The notes beneath the pieces are model-generated. The model did not search any database. It had not been told where the DNA came from and saw only the letters and a program-made list of their open reading frames with translations. From the NCBI GenBank assembly GCA_963693365.1, contig CAVNZM010000011.1, forward strand, positions 496,001 through 560,000: a stretch of DNA of 64,000 nucleotides, written 5' to 3'. Source of the DNA: Amoebidium appalachense. Its lineage: Eukaryota > Protista > Ichthyosporea. Below, piece after piece: positions 11,906 through 64,000 of this stretch (within the stretch, counting starts at the first letter, position 1; each line of letters starts with the position of its first letter). A program made the translations under genes and the position numbers.

Positions 11906-12375
11906 CCACAATAAACCAGCATTTGAAGAGCCACGGTTGCCGTTCCTCCAATCTCCCCCCCCCCCCCCCCCCCCCTTCTGTACACCCCCTCCCCCCCGTC
12001 CCCCCCCCCCCAAAAAAAACAAAAAAAAACACACACCCTCACACACACACGCACACACACACACACACGCGCGCGCGCACACGCACACACAAATGCCTGT
12101 CCTGGTCTGTCACCCTCTCCTTCTCACCCATCCAGCCCCCATATTACAGTTGGAAAAATTACGACCTATCAACACAGATAGGTGCCGACAGGGTGCTGGG
12201 ACATTATCTGTGCGCAGATTTGGTCGAACCTCCATCATGCATGTTACACCGTTGTGCGCAATTACCCACCAGAATGCCATGCCAAAGAACGCAGGGTCTC
12301 CACTAGCCAGAAAAACTTTGGTAGTCGACAAGGTTGAGGAAGTAAGAGTTCTAGACCGAACTCACAACTGCTCAG

Positions 12376-12414
<39 letters not shown>

Positions 12415-12728
12415 CCCCTTCCAAAAAAAACAAAACAAAAAAAAAACACACACACACACCACACAAGCAAACAGTTGGAAACACGAATAAGGAATTCGAA
12501 GAAGGAGAAGGGTGTGGGGGTAATTGTCATACCCGCACCCCCAAATATGCATCCAACCACCTGAACGTACATCCTGAGGGTTCCGTAAGACTGGAAGCAA
12601 ATAAAAATGAAAAACATCCATGTAGAATGCTGCTGCTATCGAAGTGATACCACCCTCATCCCCCGGCTACCCCCCTTGCCCCCCTCCCGCACCTCCCCCC
12701 TCCCCCTCCCCATCGGCCCAAAGACACA

Positions 12729-12815
12729 TCATCCACACATACAAGTACATACCAAATAAATACGAAGGAACTCATCCACACATACAAGTACATACCAAAT
12801 AAATACGAAGGAACT
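12729..12815. repeat. 43-bp tandem duplication
   Basis: tcatccacacatacaagtacataccaaataaatacgaaggaac occurs twice head to tail. Confidence 0.9.
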
Positions 12816-13578
12816 ATTGAAACGGAAGGCTGCCTATCCTAGCTTTTATTTAGTGAAACTTCGCGAAATTCGCTTGCGTGGGCAGGGTCTCGAAAATTGT
12901 TGAAGCTCGCTGCCAGAGAATGAGTGAAGGCCTCCAGTAGTTCGAATTCGGAACCACGGGATGGCCCCTGTTGAGATTATCATCAGTTCTGCACACTTCC
13001 ATGTTTTGTTTTCTAGTGCCTTGCATGTCCTGCACCACTAGTTGCAGCCCATTTTCGTTGTTAGCTGTAACAGGTTGTCCGATATACATCCAACATTTCC
13101 CCCTTCCCCACCCACCCACCCACCCACCCACCCTCACACACACATACACATGCAATGCTTTCACGCCATCTCCGCTGCCTTCAGCGTGTCTCATTGACGG
13201 ATGGTGCCCTGGTTTCTGGAACCTAGGCTCAGCGCATGCCACATCCTCATGAATGCATATGCACACCATGGTACCAAGTAACTACATAGCTAAGTAACTG
13301 TGTGTCTTCAAAGAGCTCGCGTGGTTGTTGTTCTCGGTGCCATGGAGGCTTGGTATGGGCTAGGTAGGCCACGGAAGCTGAACCAGCTACAAACGGTCAA
13401 CCAACTGAATTAGTTTGCGTAACGTGTGAGGAACAACTTCGGATACTGCAAAGGACACGTTAACCAGGTAGCAAGCCAGCACTCAACGGTGCGCTCTTGT
13501 GGCAATTGGGTATGCCGTCAGTTTGGCCCTGTCCTCGAGGTGTGTAGTGCTTTGGGCTGACGTGAAGGCCGGTGCAGC

Positions 13579-13581
<3 letters not shown>

Positions 13582-13650
<69 letters not shown>

Positions 13651-13760
13651 CCCCCCCTCTCCCTCTCCCTCTCCCTCTCCCTCTCCCTCTCCCTCTCCCT
13701 CTCCCTTTCCCTCTCCCTCTCCCTCTCCCTCTCCCTCTCCCTCTCCCTCTCCCTCTCCCT

Positions 13761-13817
<57 letters not shown>

Positions 13818-13848
13818 CCCCTCCCTCTCTAAGGCTCTCTCTCTCTTC
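13582..13848. repeat. (CT)n / (CCCTCT)n polypyrimidine microsatellite
   Basis: Directly visible, immediately upstream of the CCAAT-containing region 5' of the kinase gene. Confidence 0.95.
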
Positions 13849-14571
13849 TTAGGCTATATATTTATAATTATAACTCTCTTTATCTCTTTCTCCATGAATC
13901 TCCCGTTCACAAACGGGTGCCATTTTGGCCAATCATGTCTGTCTGGCGGGCCCAAGCTGATTGGTGAAGAGCGCAGCTTGAGGAGGGCAGAGGAGGGCAA
14001 ACACAGTTTGCTCGAAGCCGTTGGAGTCAAGTTGGCGAATTTTCGGAATGGAAAGGCTCGAGCTCAAAGGGAGGATGCGCTACTACACTCGACACGGGAT
14101 CGCTATAGTAGTTCGGTTCAAATGGGAAGGCTGGGTTAAACAATTTTAAATTAAGATACATGTTTTCTTCTTTTGCTGTAGAAAAGGTGATACAGTCTTC
14201 GTTCTTTTTCCCTTCCTGCCGCGGCTGTTCTTATTCAGCTGCAAGCTTTGAAGCACAAGACCAAGGTACACACACACACAGCTTACGTTGGATGCTTACT
14301 TAATAAAAGTTTTATCCGGCGTAGGGGGCTTAGTATGCGCCATAAGACGTTAAGACATACGCGTTAGGTGGTGTGCTTGTGGCTTGGTAGTGGGGATACG
14401 GAATAGAGCGAAGTTGGCTGCCACCAGCAGCACCCCGACCACCCAGCCCCCCGTGCTCTGACTACGGCGCGCCTTGCGCGGCGTTGCTATGCAGCAAGAT
14501 AGATTGGGCACAGAGCAGAGGGAGGGTTTGCTTGACAGCCAGTGGCGGGCCACTGGCAGGGGGCAGAGAGA

Positions 14572-36497
<21,926 letters not shown>

Positions 36498-36571
36498 GGG
36501 GTGAGGGTGATGGGGCTGGGCCCTAATGCAGGTACACACACACACACACAACACACACACAACACACACAC

Positions 36572-36623
<52 letters not shown>

Positions 36624-37063
36624 TGAATACACACTGCATGCACACCTCGCTTTCCCATCAACAAACTACACACCCGATACTCCCGGCAGTACATAACTTT
36701 TCGAATTCATGGTGATATTGGAACAAACGGGATAAGCAATCTTATTTTGTATGATCTGGCCACGGTGGCCACGTGGAGAGTGAGTGGCAAGGCATAGTGG
36801 TTGTGGTCTGGTCGTTCCTTTTGTTGAAAACCCAAGCCCGACATGAGTATCATAACATGCAAAAGTTTTATTGGTGCCCTGGACAAGGTCATGTCTAAGG
36901 CCCCAGCCTCACCTAAGAACCTAATATTATTTACTGGCTTTTTTTGCTTATATATGGACATGGATTCCGAACCGTAAACTCAGCTTTGGTATCGCACAGG
37001 CACACTTTAACACTTTCTTTCTCATAACCGTGCACGCACGTACGCACGCAGGCGTGCGCGCGC

Positions 37064-37172
<109 letters not shown>

Positions 37173-38205
37173 TGCATGTGCACGAGTGGTAAGCAACCTG
37201 TCCCACACGTCGTGTACTTGGGTATCATGTTAGCCACACAGCCTGAGCAGACATTGTACTCCGCCTGTAGCCACACAAAGACAGCAGTATTCAATTTTAG
37301 TTTAACTAAGGTACTGCTAGGGCTGTTTATTTTGAATCGTCTCGTTCATGGCGGTGCTTCAGTTTGCAGAGCAAATTGAGCTTCCCAGCCTTGCATGTAA
37401 ATGCCTGAAGGTGCACAGGTGTCAATGCAGTGTGACGACTCGTACTGTCGCAACCATTTTTGTTGGTGCGGCCTGGTGTCTTGCTGGCCAAGGCACCGCT
37501 TCTCAAATAATAACTTAAAGCGCTTTCCACCAGAGAAGATCAAGTTATCATGTGCACATGTGGTGATCGATCTGCACTTGCAAAGCACAAATATTCAATG
37601 ATACCGATTACTGTACACGTGGCCATGGTGCTCGACGATGTGGCCCCCGGGCATAAATCATCACGCCATGCATTGCAGATGTTAACTCTGTCAGCATACA
37701 TGCTGAGCAGCCCAGGGCCTAACACTACAGCTAATGGTGGTACCGTCACGCGTCTTCACATCACACGTGCACCACATGTTGAGTCACTGACGTCTACGAA
37801 GTAGTACTAGATCAGTGCCAGCATGCTTTGATCGGATACCTGAGTGCAAGCGTACCCACATGTATGTAGGGCACCCGTGACACTAAACAAAAGCGGGTTT
37901 ATTGCGGTTCGTGGCCAGCCGTGTGGCTACAGATACACGTGTAGTAGTACACAGGCCGTGCCGTGCACGTGATCAGCACGTGACCGAGCCATCATTTCTC
38001 GGCCTGCTGGCATGACGGGCTAAAAAGGCGGGCCTATACAATGTGTCATACCATGACATTATATAAAAAAGAGTTCAAAAAGATTGATCAGGCAGGTTGA
38101 ATCAGAAAATTATGCATACATTAAGTCATTAAAGCATGCCCGGTGTGACGGGGCTATGTTGGCGTGACTATAGGTGCAAGATCATGGGCCAGTACATACA
38201 GGGTA

Positions 38206-39671
38206 TCAGTGCATGGGCATGGTGTCGACCATGTAGCCCTGTGGCATCATATAGTCGTTGCCTAGCCCCAGCCCCATAGGTGCCCCCATGCCCGGCCCAA
38301 CCATGGTGCCGGGACCCGGCCCCATGCTGCCGGCCTGCGGGCGCTTGGCCGGGCATGCCCGAGCAATGTGGCCCATCTGCAGGGTACAGTGTCAGTGCGC
38401 GTGCCCGTGTGCCTGGCCCTACATGTAGCAAACACCTGTCCGAAGCATACATCTGCCACACATGCCTGATGTTGTTGTGTAACGTTTCCTGTACCTCATC
38501 TGATCAAGGAAGACAACTTCTTTGAAACCCCCCTCCCCCCCCCCCCAAAAAAAAGGGGGGGCAAAGAAAAGAAAGGTTTCATGTGAACTTCAGCAGCCCC
38601 TGCTCGCACCCTTCTATTCAACGACAAATTTCGTCTGCTTCGCCCGTCCTGCCATCCGACATCTACGGGAGTGAGTGCAGAATAATGTAGTGTAGTCACA
38701 AAAGCCCATGGTACGCATACTGGCAAGGCCAGAGTTCCAATTTGTGGGGTGAGGGCAACCCACCTGGCCACAGACACGGCAGATGCGCACGTCATTGCTG
38801 GGGACCGGTCCACCCTGGCTGCCTATTGGCGATGCATTACGGTTGCCGTTGGCTGTGGTGCAGGGTACACCAGTCAGTTTAGGCTCAGCCACCATGCACG
38901 GCCCCAGTCCGATGGGTGATAACTTACTGAGTCATCATGCACAGTGAATCAAGCCAGACTCTTCGAACGACTTCAACTCCGGGCCCAAAATAACAACCAA
39001 CAGGCCTCCGAGCACGTGCACAGTAAAAGGTAACGTGCTCACCTTGCTGGGGGGTGGTGTTGTAGTACGAGGGCGTGGGGGGCTGGCTCAGCGACATGGA
39101 GCCGGGGTTGCTAAGGTTCTGGCCGTAGGCAGGGGGGGCCTGGGGCTGGGGGGCCGACATCTGGGGGGCAGGGTAGGGGTAGGGGCCCTGGGGGTAGAAG
39201 GCCGTGCCGTTGACGTTCTGCACCATGCCACTGGCTGCCATGTAGCTCATCATCCTGGGGGGTGGACATATGAGCACTAAATGATAATGAGCGCAGTGGC
39301 TGTGTGCATAACAGCGTCACGTGGCACATGGGTTGCAGGCGAGATTAGTGCCAGTGCATGCCATATGCATGCAGATAAAAATAGTGCCAGTGCATGACGC
39401 ATACATGCAGCCAGTCATTATGCATAAGACCGCACCTTGCCTGCGCCTGGGCCATGTGGTACTTGACCTCCAGCGCCTCCACCGCCTGCTCCATGGCCCG
39501 CAGTGACGTGCCCCGCACTGCTCAAAAAATATCAGCATAGGTATCGTGTGTGCACGTGTGATTTGCTAAAACTGGGGAAGCTCTTTCGAAAGTTTTTCTC
39601 CTTTGAAGAAGTATTTTATGGTTGTGGGCTCCTTCAGGGTGGCCCACTGGGGTGGGGCCCGGGGGGAGAAA

Positions 39672-39705
<34 letters not shown>

Positions 39706-40082
39706 TGCAGAACAGATGCCAAGTACATTTGCGCAACGGAATCACAATTCAAGATAAAACGCATAAACGGGGAGACTCGGAGAGACTCTGAGGGGGGGGG
39801 GGGGGGGGGAGAAAGGGAATGGTAGGAGAGCAGGCTTAATTTATGTAAGTCCAGGTCTAAAGCGGACACAGCGAAACTAACATGCCCGTCTCACCTTCAC
39901 CCCCAATCTGGTTTTCAAACGGCTTTAATTACTGCTTGCCTGCTTATTAAATACGAGATGGGCCATGATGAGAAGTGGCGAAAAAAGAAAGTGGTGGGAA
40001 AGGGGGGGCTCAGAATTGTAATAGTACGAGGTACATGTCAAGTCAACCACCGACAACACAGTGCAGATTTTTACCGCCCTCT

Positions 40083-40121
<39 letters not shown>

Positions 40122-40756
40122 AAACCCGGTGTGGGGGGAGTGGGGGGGGGGGGGGGGGGGGGGGGGGGGCCGGGTAGAAATGCAAGGGGAGGGGAGGGGA
40201 GGGGAGGGGTGGAATAGGGGGGGGGGGGAGGGGGGGGGAAGGGGACTCACCGCGAGGCACACCAGGGCCGAATGCAATACCTGTGGATGGAGAGCCCAAG
40301 TGAGTGGCCATGCAGGCAGCAAGCATGTGCACACAGAGAGGGGGTCACCAACCAGTAAGATACCTGTCTAGCACGCCATCCCCACAAACAAACAAACACC
40401 ACTCAGAACGGGTTCATGGCACTCAGTCATTGAGGAACAGTGTATGTGTGTGTGTGGGGGGGGGGGGGGGGGGGGGGGGGGAGGGGGTTTACACGGTTCA
40501 CATGCAACCCGGGGGGGGGGGGGGGGAGGGGGTTTACACGGTTCACATGCCACCCGGGGGGGGGGGGGGGTCGTACGGTTCAGGCGCATGGCCAGGGAGC
40601 TGAGGGTTGTGGGGCAGACACGGAACAGATGGCCCTTGCCCTGGCACTCGTGGCACACAGGCCCACCGTCCTTGTGCTTCTTGAGTGCATCCATGGGCGA
40701 CGTGCACTGCTTCCCCCTGTCAGTATTGTGCCTCACCCCCCCCCCCCCCTTCCCCC

Positions 40757-40800
<44 letters not shown>

Positions 40801-42169
40801 ACACACACACACGCACACACCGGTGGTGACCCTTCATCGTTTGCACACACAAGCCTTCTTTCGGCGACTTTCAGTTTCTTATTCCTTGGGATAAAACGAA
40901 CAACTTCCACAGGCACTATCCCTTTTCTTTCCGGGCTCTGCCCCGTGTCCCCGCCCAAATCACATGCACACACACACACACACACACACAAACCACAAGC
41001 ACGACTCTTACGTCACCAGGCCACACAGCTCTAGTAGCAATTGCCTCGATCTTTTGCTTATCGTCATTCCCATCTGACTCCCATGCCCCAACTGGGCCAA
41101 TCACGCCACTATCAAAGAAATATTCCCAAAGCCCGGCAGCATGGAAAAAGTTTTCCACAAAACCCATCATCCCAACTTCAAAGATGTTACTACTCTCCGG
41201 GACTATCCTCCCCTTACCCCCCAACCCTTCAAAAAGAGGCCAGCTCAGGCTTCAGTCCCTTCTAAGAGCCTTAACAGCACACAACAACACATAATAGGAA
41301 CTTGGGTGAGCAAACGAAACTTTGTGCACGGCCTGCAGACATGGGAGGAAGAGAGACGAACCGAAACACCACAATAAACGACCAAAAAACAAAAATTTAA
41401 AACAGCTGCCCGATCAGAGTGAGACCAGACTCATCGTGCACACACAAGCTTACGTATCGTAGAGCGCTCATGCACTAAAACATGCTCACAAATTCCTGTA
41501 TACATGATAAGCCACTGGTATTGCATGGGGATGATGGCCATGGAATCGAACGAGGAGGGGGTGGGGGGGGGGGATACCTCTCTGGCCCAGTGGCCCTTGC
41601 CCCCGCAGTTGTAGCACTCGTTGGTGGCGATGGGCTCTGCATCCAGATCCTTCCCGCCCCCCCAGTCAGCACATTCACCACTAGCACTGCCCACCACCCC
41701 ACCAACATAACTGTACAGCCCATGTAAGGAGATTCGAAAAAAAGAGTGGGCCCTGCCTAGTTTCACATGCATTCAAAAAAATAAGGCCATGCCCTGCTCA
41801 CCTTATCTGTGTCGCCATTAAGCGAGAGGGCGCCTGCTGCGCTGGCCAGATCAGCATCGTGGTTGACGGGCAGAATGGCCACATCCACCTTGCCGTTTGC
41901 TACAGACATGGTCACCTGCCAAGTCGAAGATAAGCAGTCAGAGGAAAAGTATTTTTACGAAGCATCTTGAGAGCACGGTGCTTGGCGAGAGATGGGAACG
42001 TTGTCTCCTCGCTCAGAACTGGAAAGTAAACTTGTGCACACCAAACCATTCACCCAAACCGTAGGAACGGGGAAAACAAAACCCCCAGGATGAATTGATA
42101 GTCCCTGGGGTTACATACCTCAGCATTAGCAACAGCAGTGGCAGACGGTTCATTGCTTGAGTCGACCAT
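38206..42169 (-). CDS. CCHC zinc-knuckle (3 knuckles) nucleic-acid-binding protein with P/Q/Y/G-rich low-complexity regions, 9 exons
   Basis: Spliced motifs CYNCGGKGHWARE|C, CHECQGKGHLFRVC and CRVCGQ|MGHIARAC. ATG at 42169, TGA at 38206-38208, exon phases consistent. Confidence 0.85.
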
Positions 42170-44744
42170 TCTCTGCCCTCCTTGGCACATCACACAAGCA
42201 GAAGCACACCAAAATCAGACTGCCGACCCACTGTTCGTAACCCGTCAACAGAGTGTGCTGCCCCAACAAACCACGTTACTCGGGCAAGGCCCTCCCTCCC
42301 TCCCCAGATCAAAAACACACACACAAGCTACGAATCTAGACGCGTGCAACTTTATAGCTATATGCTTTTCTACACTCTCTATGCAAACTATTAGAAACGA
42401 AGGGTACATTAACTTAGAGGAATAAAGTTCAAGCAGTGTGTAGCTTGATCTGCGCCGGCGACCTAGCCGTTAGCGATACGATAACTGGCTGCCGGCAATT
42501 TGTGTGCAGCTCAAATGGGGCACCCAACACCGTGCGAGCACGCGCCAGAGCACGCAGCCTTTTGCTTGCGGCCAAAACTTGCCTGTGTCCACATGCCTTC
42601 TTGCGCTCAAATCCTTTGAAAATGCTTGTGAACGAGAACTAATTTCTCTGTCACGTTTAGCAACTAAGATCGCCCATATTTCTTACCCTTTGTCAAACAG
42701 CCAACAGATCTGTCTCCCGAATCTGTGAACCACTTCACCGTGCTTGTTTAAAACCTTTTTGCCTTACAATAGAAAGGCCTGTGAAGTGCACAGCTTAGCT
42801 TGCGGCCCTGCCTACGCTGAGCTGAAATGTTGTGAAGTTCAAAGAGGAAGGGCCACGCACCGTTAAAAATTTTGCGAGTCCTTGCCGATTGTTCACAGCA
42901 GCTGCCTAGCAAGTGGGCTACGCCGAACGATGCACAACAGTAGGCTGCAACTGGGAAACTTTTTCAACAGCTAGAATTCTACCAAAGACGAACGACCGTA
43001 CTCATGCGGTGGACTAAAAGTAAAAACTGGGCCACCCACCACCTTTTATCTCGCGGCGGGCTCATGTGCCGGATAAAGTGGGTGACACACTGACTCACGG
43101 CACCCACGGCAGCTGGGCGGCGGGTGCTTTTGGGCTGTACAAAAGGATACCCGCTGATAAGTATGAGCAAATATAAGTACATCCAGATGACTGTCGTATT
43201 ATTGACCATGGGCGGGAGATATCTTGTATAAATCATCCCAAAGATAAGTTCAGGTGTGTATAATGCTTGTACCTAGGTGACTTATACATCGTCGGACACG
43301 GTTCAGGCAAGTTTCAGGTATGTCACACGCATATTTTTAGATGCTAAAGCGATCATTTTTTTCGCACAGAGCGCGGCTGGCTCACGTGGAATATGGAGCT
43401 GTGCACAACCGTAGAAGTTGAAGGTAAGAGCCATGAAAATATAGGTCTTATTTCTTGAACACGTGGCAAGCAAAATTTATGCTTTTAGTTGAATTTTTGG
43501 TCGGATTTCTTACCTCTTTGCATCAGCTGGGTGCGTAACATTTCGGACGCGTGATTGTGACGGCAACTGCAACATCCGGTGCGCAGATGTGATTGGCTGC
43601 TCACTCAGCCAAAAATAGTTCCCGGAGTGGTTCACGTGCCTCAAAACCGTCTGATTGGCTTGAGTGCCTAGATTCATTCAAGGACTCGGTGAGTGATTGG
43701 CTGAACCATTGTTTACCAGCATTCTTTCCCAGAATTTGCATGATTTATCTTCAATCAGCTCGCACTGCACGGTTTGCACCAATTTATTCCTTTTTCACGG
43801 GCTCACTCATTTTAGCTAGTCGATGTTATAAACCTAGCCTTATAATAAATATTTTCGCATGATGCATACTAAAATCATTTTTATGTCGATTATATGCCGT
43901 AATCCATGATGGTAACCATGCATGAAGGAACTTCCATCAGCTGAACAGATTGTTTAGACCGGGACGTTTTGATTGGTTCGAGCCTGGAGGGTTGTATTTA
44001 TTCCGCGCGTGCCCCAAATTCTTATCCAGCGTCCGAAAGCACCACCAAAGATTAGACTCGTAACCACAAAGTTCATTCGAAAATGACGATTCAGCAAAAT
44101 AAACAGGCAGAGGCATGATTTACAAATTGTAGTAATAATATATTAAAACCAAATACTCGCGTATATTGGTCGAATGTAAACGTTTCTTCAAGGCTATGTA
44201 AGACGTCGCTGTTGTACGTAGGTTTGAGTCACGCTCACGTGCGCCTCAAAACTATCAGTGTGGAGTGTGGACGCCCAAATTCCCTGCAAAGCTTTTGAGT
44301 GATCCCGAAGTAGTAAAGTTTGGACCCTGGGGCCCAGATCAAGTTGTACAATTTGCCTCCACAACTTAAAAAAAGCTGCGAAAAACCGGATACATAGCTT
44401 AACTTAGTCAAGCGTAATTTGATTATGTTGCGTGTGTGTTCGTGCGTGTGAATGATCGTATCCCACTAGAATCGGGTCTCGGGGGTGGTGAGGGGGCCGT
44501 GGGGACATGCGCCACCAGTGGCACTGTTGACTTGCCATGGTCATGCCATGCGCCTTGTAGCGCTGCGCTGGCCCAGCTGCCCAGCTGCGGCGAGAGCAAC
44601 TTTGAAAAACCTTTGATTTTTTTCCTGTGTAATCAAGGCAATTTTTCCAGGCTCTTTTTTTGTTGGTGTGTACGAACCCTAGGCTACATGTACATACTCA
44701 GTGTGTGCACTTAAGTGCTGCCAACCATGCATGAAATATTGTAC

Positions 44745-44747
44745 AAG

Positions 44748-44791
<44 letters not shown>

Positions 44792-44905
44792 CCGCCGCCG
44801 CCGCCGCCGCCGCCCATGGCCCTCTTTTGTTTAAGCCCCCCCCCCCCCCCCCCCCCCCCCGCCGCCGCCGCCGCCGCCGCCGCCCATGGCCCTCTTTTGT
44901 TTAAG
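44745..44905. repeat. Tandem duplication of a poly-C/(GCC)n/CCATGGCCCTCTTTTGTTTAAG unit
   Basis: Two adjacent copies are visible. Confidence 0.85.
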
Positions 44906-45856
44906 TCAGAGGCCCCCGTCTTGTGCCCGCGGAGCCTCATCGGCGACCGTTTTGTCAGTGACCGTCGTCACGTGATCTTGCTTTGCCAATTCCGGAGGAG
45001 TCAGACCGACGCTACACTGTGTAGCGGCTATGATAGCTACCTGTAGCACGTAGATCTAGAGCCGGGCATGCAATGCAACACATACGGCGCCCCGGCGTCG
45101 CCAGCGCCGGCGGCAGTCGGCGGCCCAGCTCCCAGCCCCCGGCGACCCCCCGATATGGCCAGTCACTGAGTGGCACCGCCGGTCCGACGACGGTCACCGC
45201 AGCATCATCGTGCACGTGACACACAACACAGTGAGGCACTACCACACACACACGCACACATGTACACACCGTGGCACACACACACATACACACACTGTGA
45301 CACACACACGCACGCACACACACACACACACTGACGTCACACACACATGTACACACGTCACACACACCTGACAAACTTAACATGCACACAGTGTCACACG
45401 GGTGGTCACGTATACACACGCGCACGCGTGTACACACCGGGGGACGGTCAGACCACACACACACACATATTTATATTGCCAGATAGTACCGTGACACACA
45501 AAGCTTCAAACCCGTGGCAGTGTCACCGTGGTCACCATAGATAGAATGCATGATACCCTGTGATTCGAAAGTCAAGCTAATGGCCACACGTGAGTGAACT
45601 TCTGTCCAATCCCGGCCCGGCCCGGGCCTGGCCGGTCGACGGCTCGTTAAGTTGGGACCTCAGGACTGCCCCGTGCAGGCAGGCTGTCAAGGTGCATGCA
45701 TATGTCATGCCCTCACGGCCCCCTGCCTGGTGCTCAGGCTACCCAGGCATTTCGAGAGACTGGACGGACGATGACGGGGACTCGGAGTCGAGAGAGAGAG
45801 AGAAAGAGGTTGAAATTCAGAAAGCTGAAAGAGCTCGAGAGAGCGAGATAGAGAGA

Positions 45857-45891
<35 letters not shown>

Positions 45892-45994
45892 GGGCTGGGA
45901 AGACATAGAGAGGCAGGTCGACGCAGAGAGAGAGAGGGGGCGGGGAGAGAGAGAGAGAGAGGGGGGGGGGGGGGGAGAGAGAGAGAGAGGCCGG

Positions 45995-46071
<77 letters not shown>

Positions 46072-46186
46072 AGGGAAAGAGGGGGTCCGAGGGTGGGGCC
46101 CAGGAGTGGGGGGAGGGGGGGATTAAAAGACCTCTATTACCCCAGGCCGCGGGAGGGGAGGGGGGGAAGGGGGGGGGGGGGGGGGG

Positions 46187-46698
46187 ATGACCACGGGCCG
46201 CATCAGTTACTTGAGTTGGGGTCAGTGGCCGTGAGCTTCAAGAGAAACCAAGTTAGTCCGCAAATCACCGGTTTATGATATCACTGAGACTGCCGCCATC
46301 ATATTTGCAATGGATTCAAAAATGGGCATGTGGCGCACTCACCAAGTGGCCCTTCGACCGGGTCATTCACCGACCACAAACCCGCTGCCCTTTAATAGTT
46401 ACGTACTACTAGTAGATTTTGAAGGGCCGGCTATTGGTTCCAACACGTGACTATGTACAGCAGCAGCGGCAAGGTAGCGGCTGCGGGGCCCTGGCAGGCC
46501 CCAACTGTGTGTGTATCGTGGTACTGTGATGCTTATGTGCCATTCGTTCGATAGTATGCTTGTAAATGACTAAAAGGGGATCCCCGACGTACTGGTAGAA
46601 TGACTTTAGCATGGGTTACGGCGAGTCCACCCAACCTGGCATCTACAGCGGCTGTTACTATCATCAATGAAACCAACTGCCATAGCCCTTAGGCTATG
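46187..46698 (+). pseudogene. Highly decayed Hsp70 N-terminal (ATPase domain) relic
   Basis: Collinear remnants: T-T-P-S (~46190), NQV.PQITVYDI (46246), KWPF (46344-46355), VDFEG (46412-46426), and ATC ATC AAT GAA a CCA ACT GCC ATA GCC CTT aggc TAT G = IINEPTAxALxY (46660-46698). Spacing is close to canonical Hsp70, with many small insertions. Confidence 0.7.
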
Positions 46699-46952
46699 CG
46701 TGCGCGTGTGTGTGTGCGTGTGCGAGTGTGTGTGTGCGCGCGTGTGTTCGTGAGTGCGGGGGTGTGCGTTCCTATGTGTGTGTGTGTGTGTGTGTGTGCG
46801 TGCGTGTGTGTGCGTGCGTGTGTGCCAGTGTGTGCGTGTATGTGGCGGGGGGGGGGGGGGGGGGGGGGCGTGTAGTGACTTGTGCCCGTGGAACAGAATC
46901 TGATTTGATACCATGTGTACGTGTGTTACAGTGGTCAGCCTGGTTTGCCACA

Positions 46953-46984
<32 letters not shown>

Positions 46985-47267
46985 TGTGTGTGTGTGCGCA
47001 CACACACGCGTGCGCGTGAGCCCGTGTGACATGTGTGTGTGCGCGACACAGCGTGTGCGTACATGTGCGTGTGAGTGTGCATGCAATACCACAGTGTGTG
47101 TGTCTGTCCTGGGTGTGTGTGTGTACACCCGTGCCGGACACTGTGAAATAAACTCTGTCTGATTGCGAGCATTACGTACAGTAAGAGCCACACCACTGGC
47201 CGATGATATCAGTGTAGACGTCCATTGCATTGCTTGCGCTGGTGGCCTTGAGGCGCCTTGTGGGGGT

Positions 47268-56203
<8,936 letters not shown>

Positions 56204-56631
56204 GCCGTGGTCTGCGGTGCACCTTCAAGCACACAGGTATTGTGTGGTCACTAATGCCTCACTACGGTACCGGAAGTTGGCTAAACAAAAGAGTCCTTCC
56301 ACTCCACTGACTCTTGTCAGCTCGAACGTCGGACGTAGTACTGATAGACGGATGATACGGTCGGCCCCTATGTAGGCCTCGCCTAAGAATTTACTAACCA
56401 TATATGGCTATCTTGTTGCCATTTACGGCTAACTACTGCCATTTAAGTGTTTTGGCGCGAAATTGTCAGGGTTGGAATTCTCGGGCACTGGCAGCAAAAC
56501 TTGCTTCGTTCGCCGTTTTGGCCCGGGTTTTGCAGTGGTGTGACCACAGGATGGCATTCTTACAATAGTCTTGGATACTCTAGACACCTGACGCATACAG
56601 TGTTACACTGCCCCTAGTCACTTCAGCCACT
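56204..56631. promoter_or_regulatory. Compact bidirectional promoter between Rabin8 and TFIIH p62
   Basis: Divergent ATGs 428 bp apart; the interval is CpG-rich and repeat-free. Confidence 0.65.

Positions 56632-64000
<7,369 letters not shown>

Noticed and set aside
12850-13580. Possible minus-strand gene divergent from the kinase
   Set aside because: No consistent spliced reading frame or known motif found.

Overview
Intron-dense eukaryotic DNA, full of (CA/TG)n microsatellites and long G/C homopolymers. The gene set (Cdc15/Cdc7-type kinase, ATF4-like bZIP, Rabin8-type GEF, CTRAC branch points) points to a unicellular opisthokont, plausibly an ichthyosporean; this is inference. I rebuilt seven genes by hand: a Pho80/Pcl-type cyclin (+), an ATF4-like bZIP (-), an intronless BTB/Cys-rich gene (+), a ~40-exon Cdc15/SepH kinase (+), a 3x CCHC zinc-knuckle protein (-), a Sec2/Rabin8 Rab-GEF (-) and TFIIH p62 (+, running off the window end). 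Mobile and relic DNA comprises a TIR MITE, a TTAA-flanked piggyBac-like element carrying a nested truncated LINE, and a heavily decayed Hsp70 pseudogene. The most unusual signals concern splicing: intronic minisatellites that are amplified copies of the neighbouring splice junction (stacks of donors or acceptors), and acceptors where a (CA)n run separates a distant branch point from the AG. Also notable are CpG-rich patches dense in short palindromes. Homopolymer indel errors are likely, so single-base frameshifts and run lengths are unreliable. Exon coordinates were read by eye.
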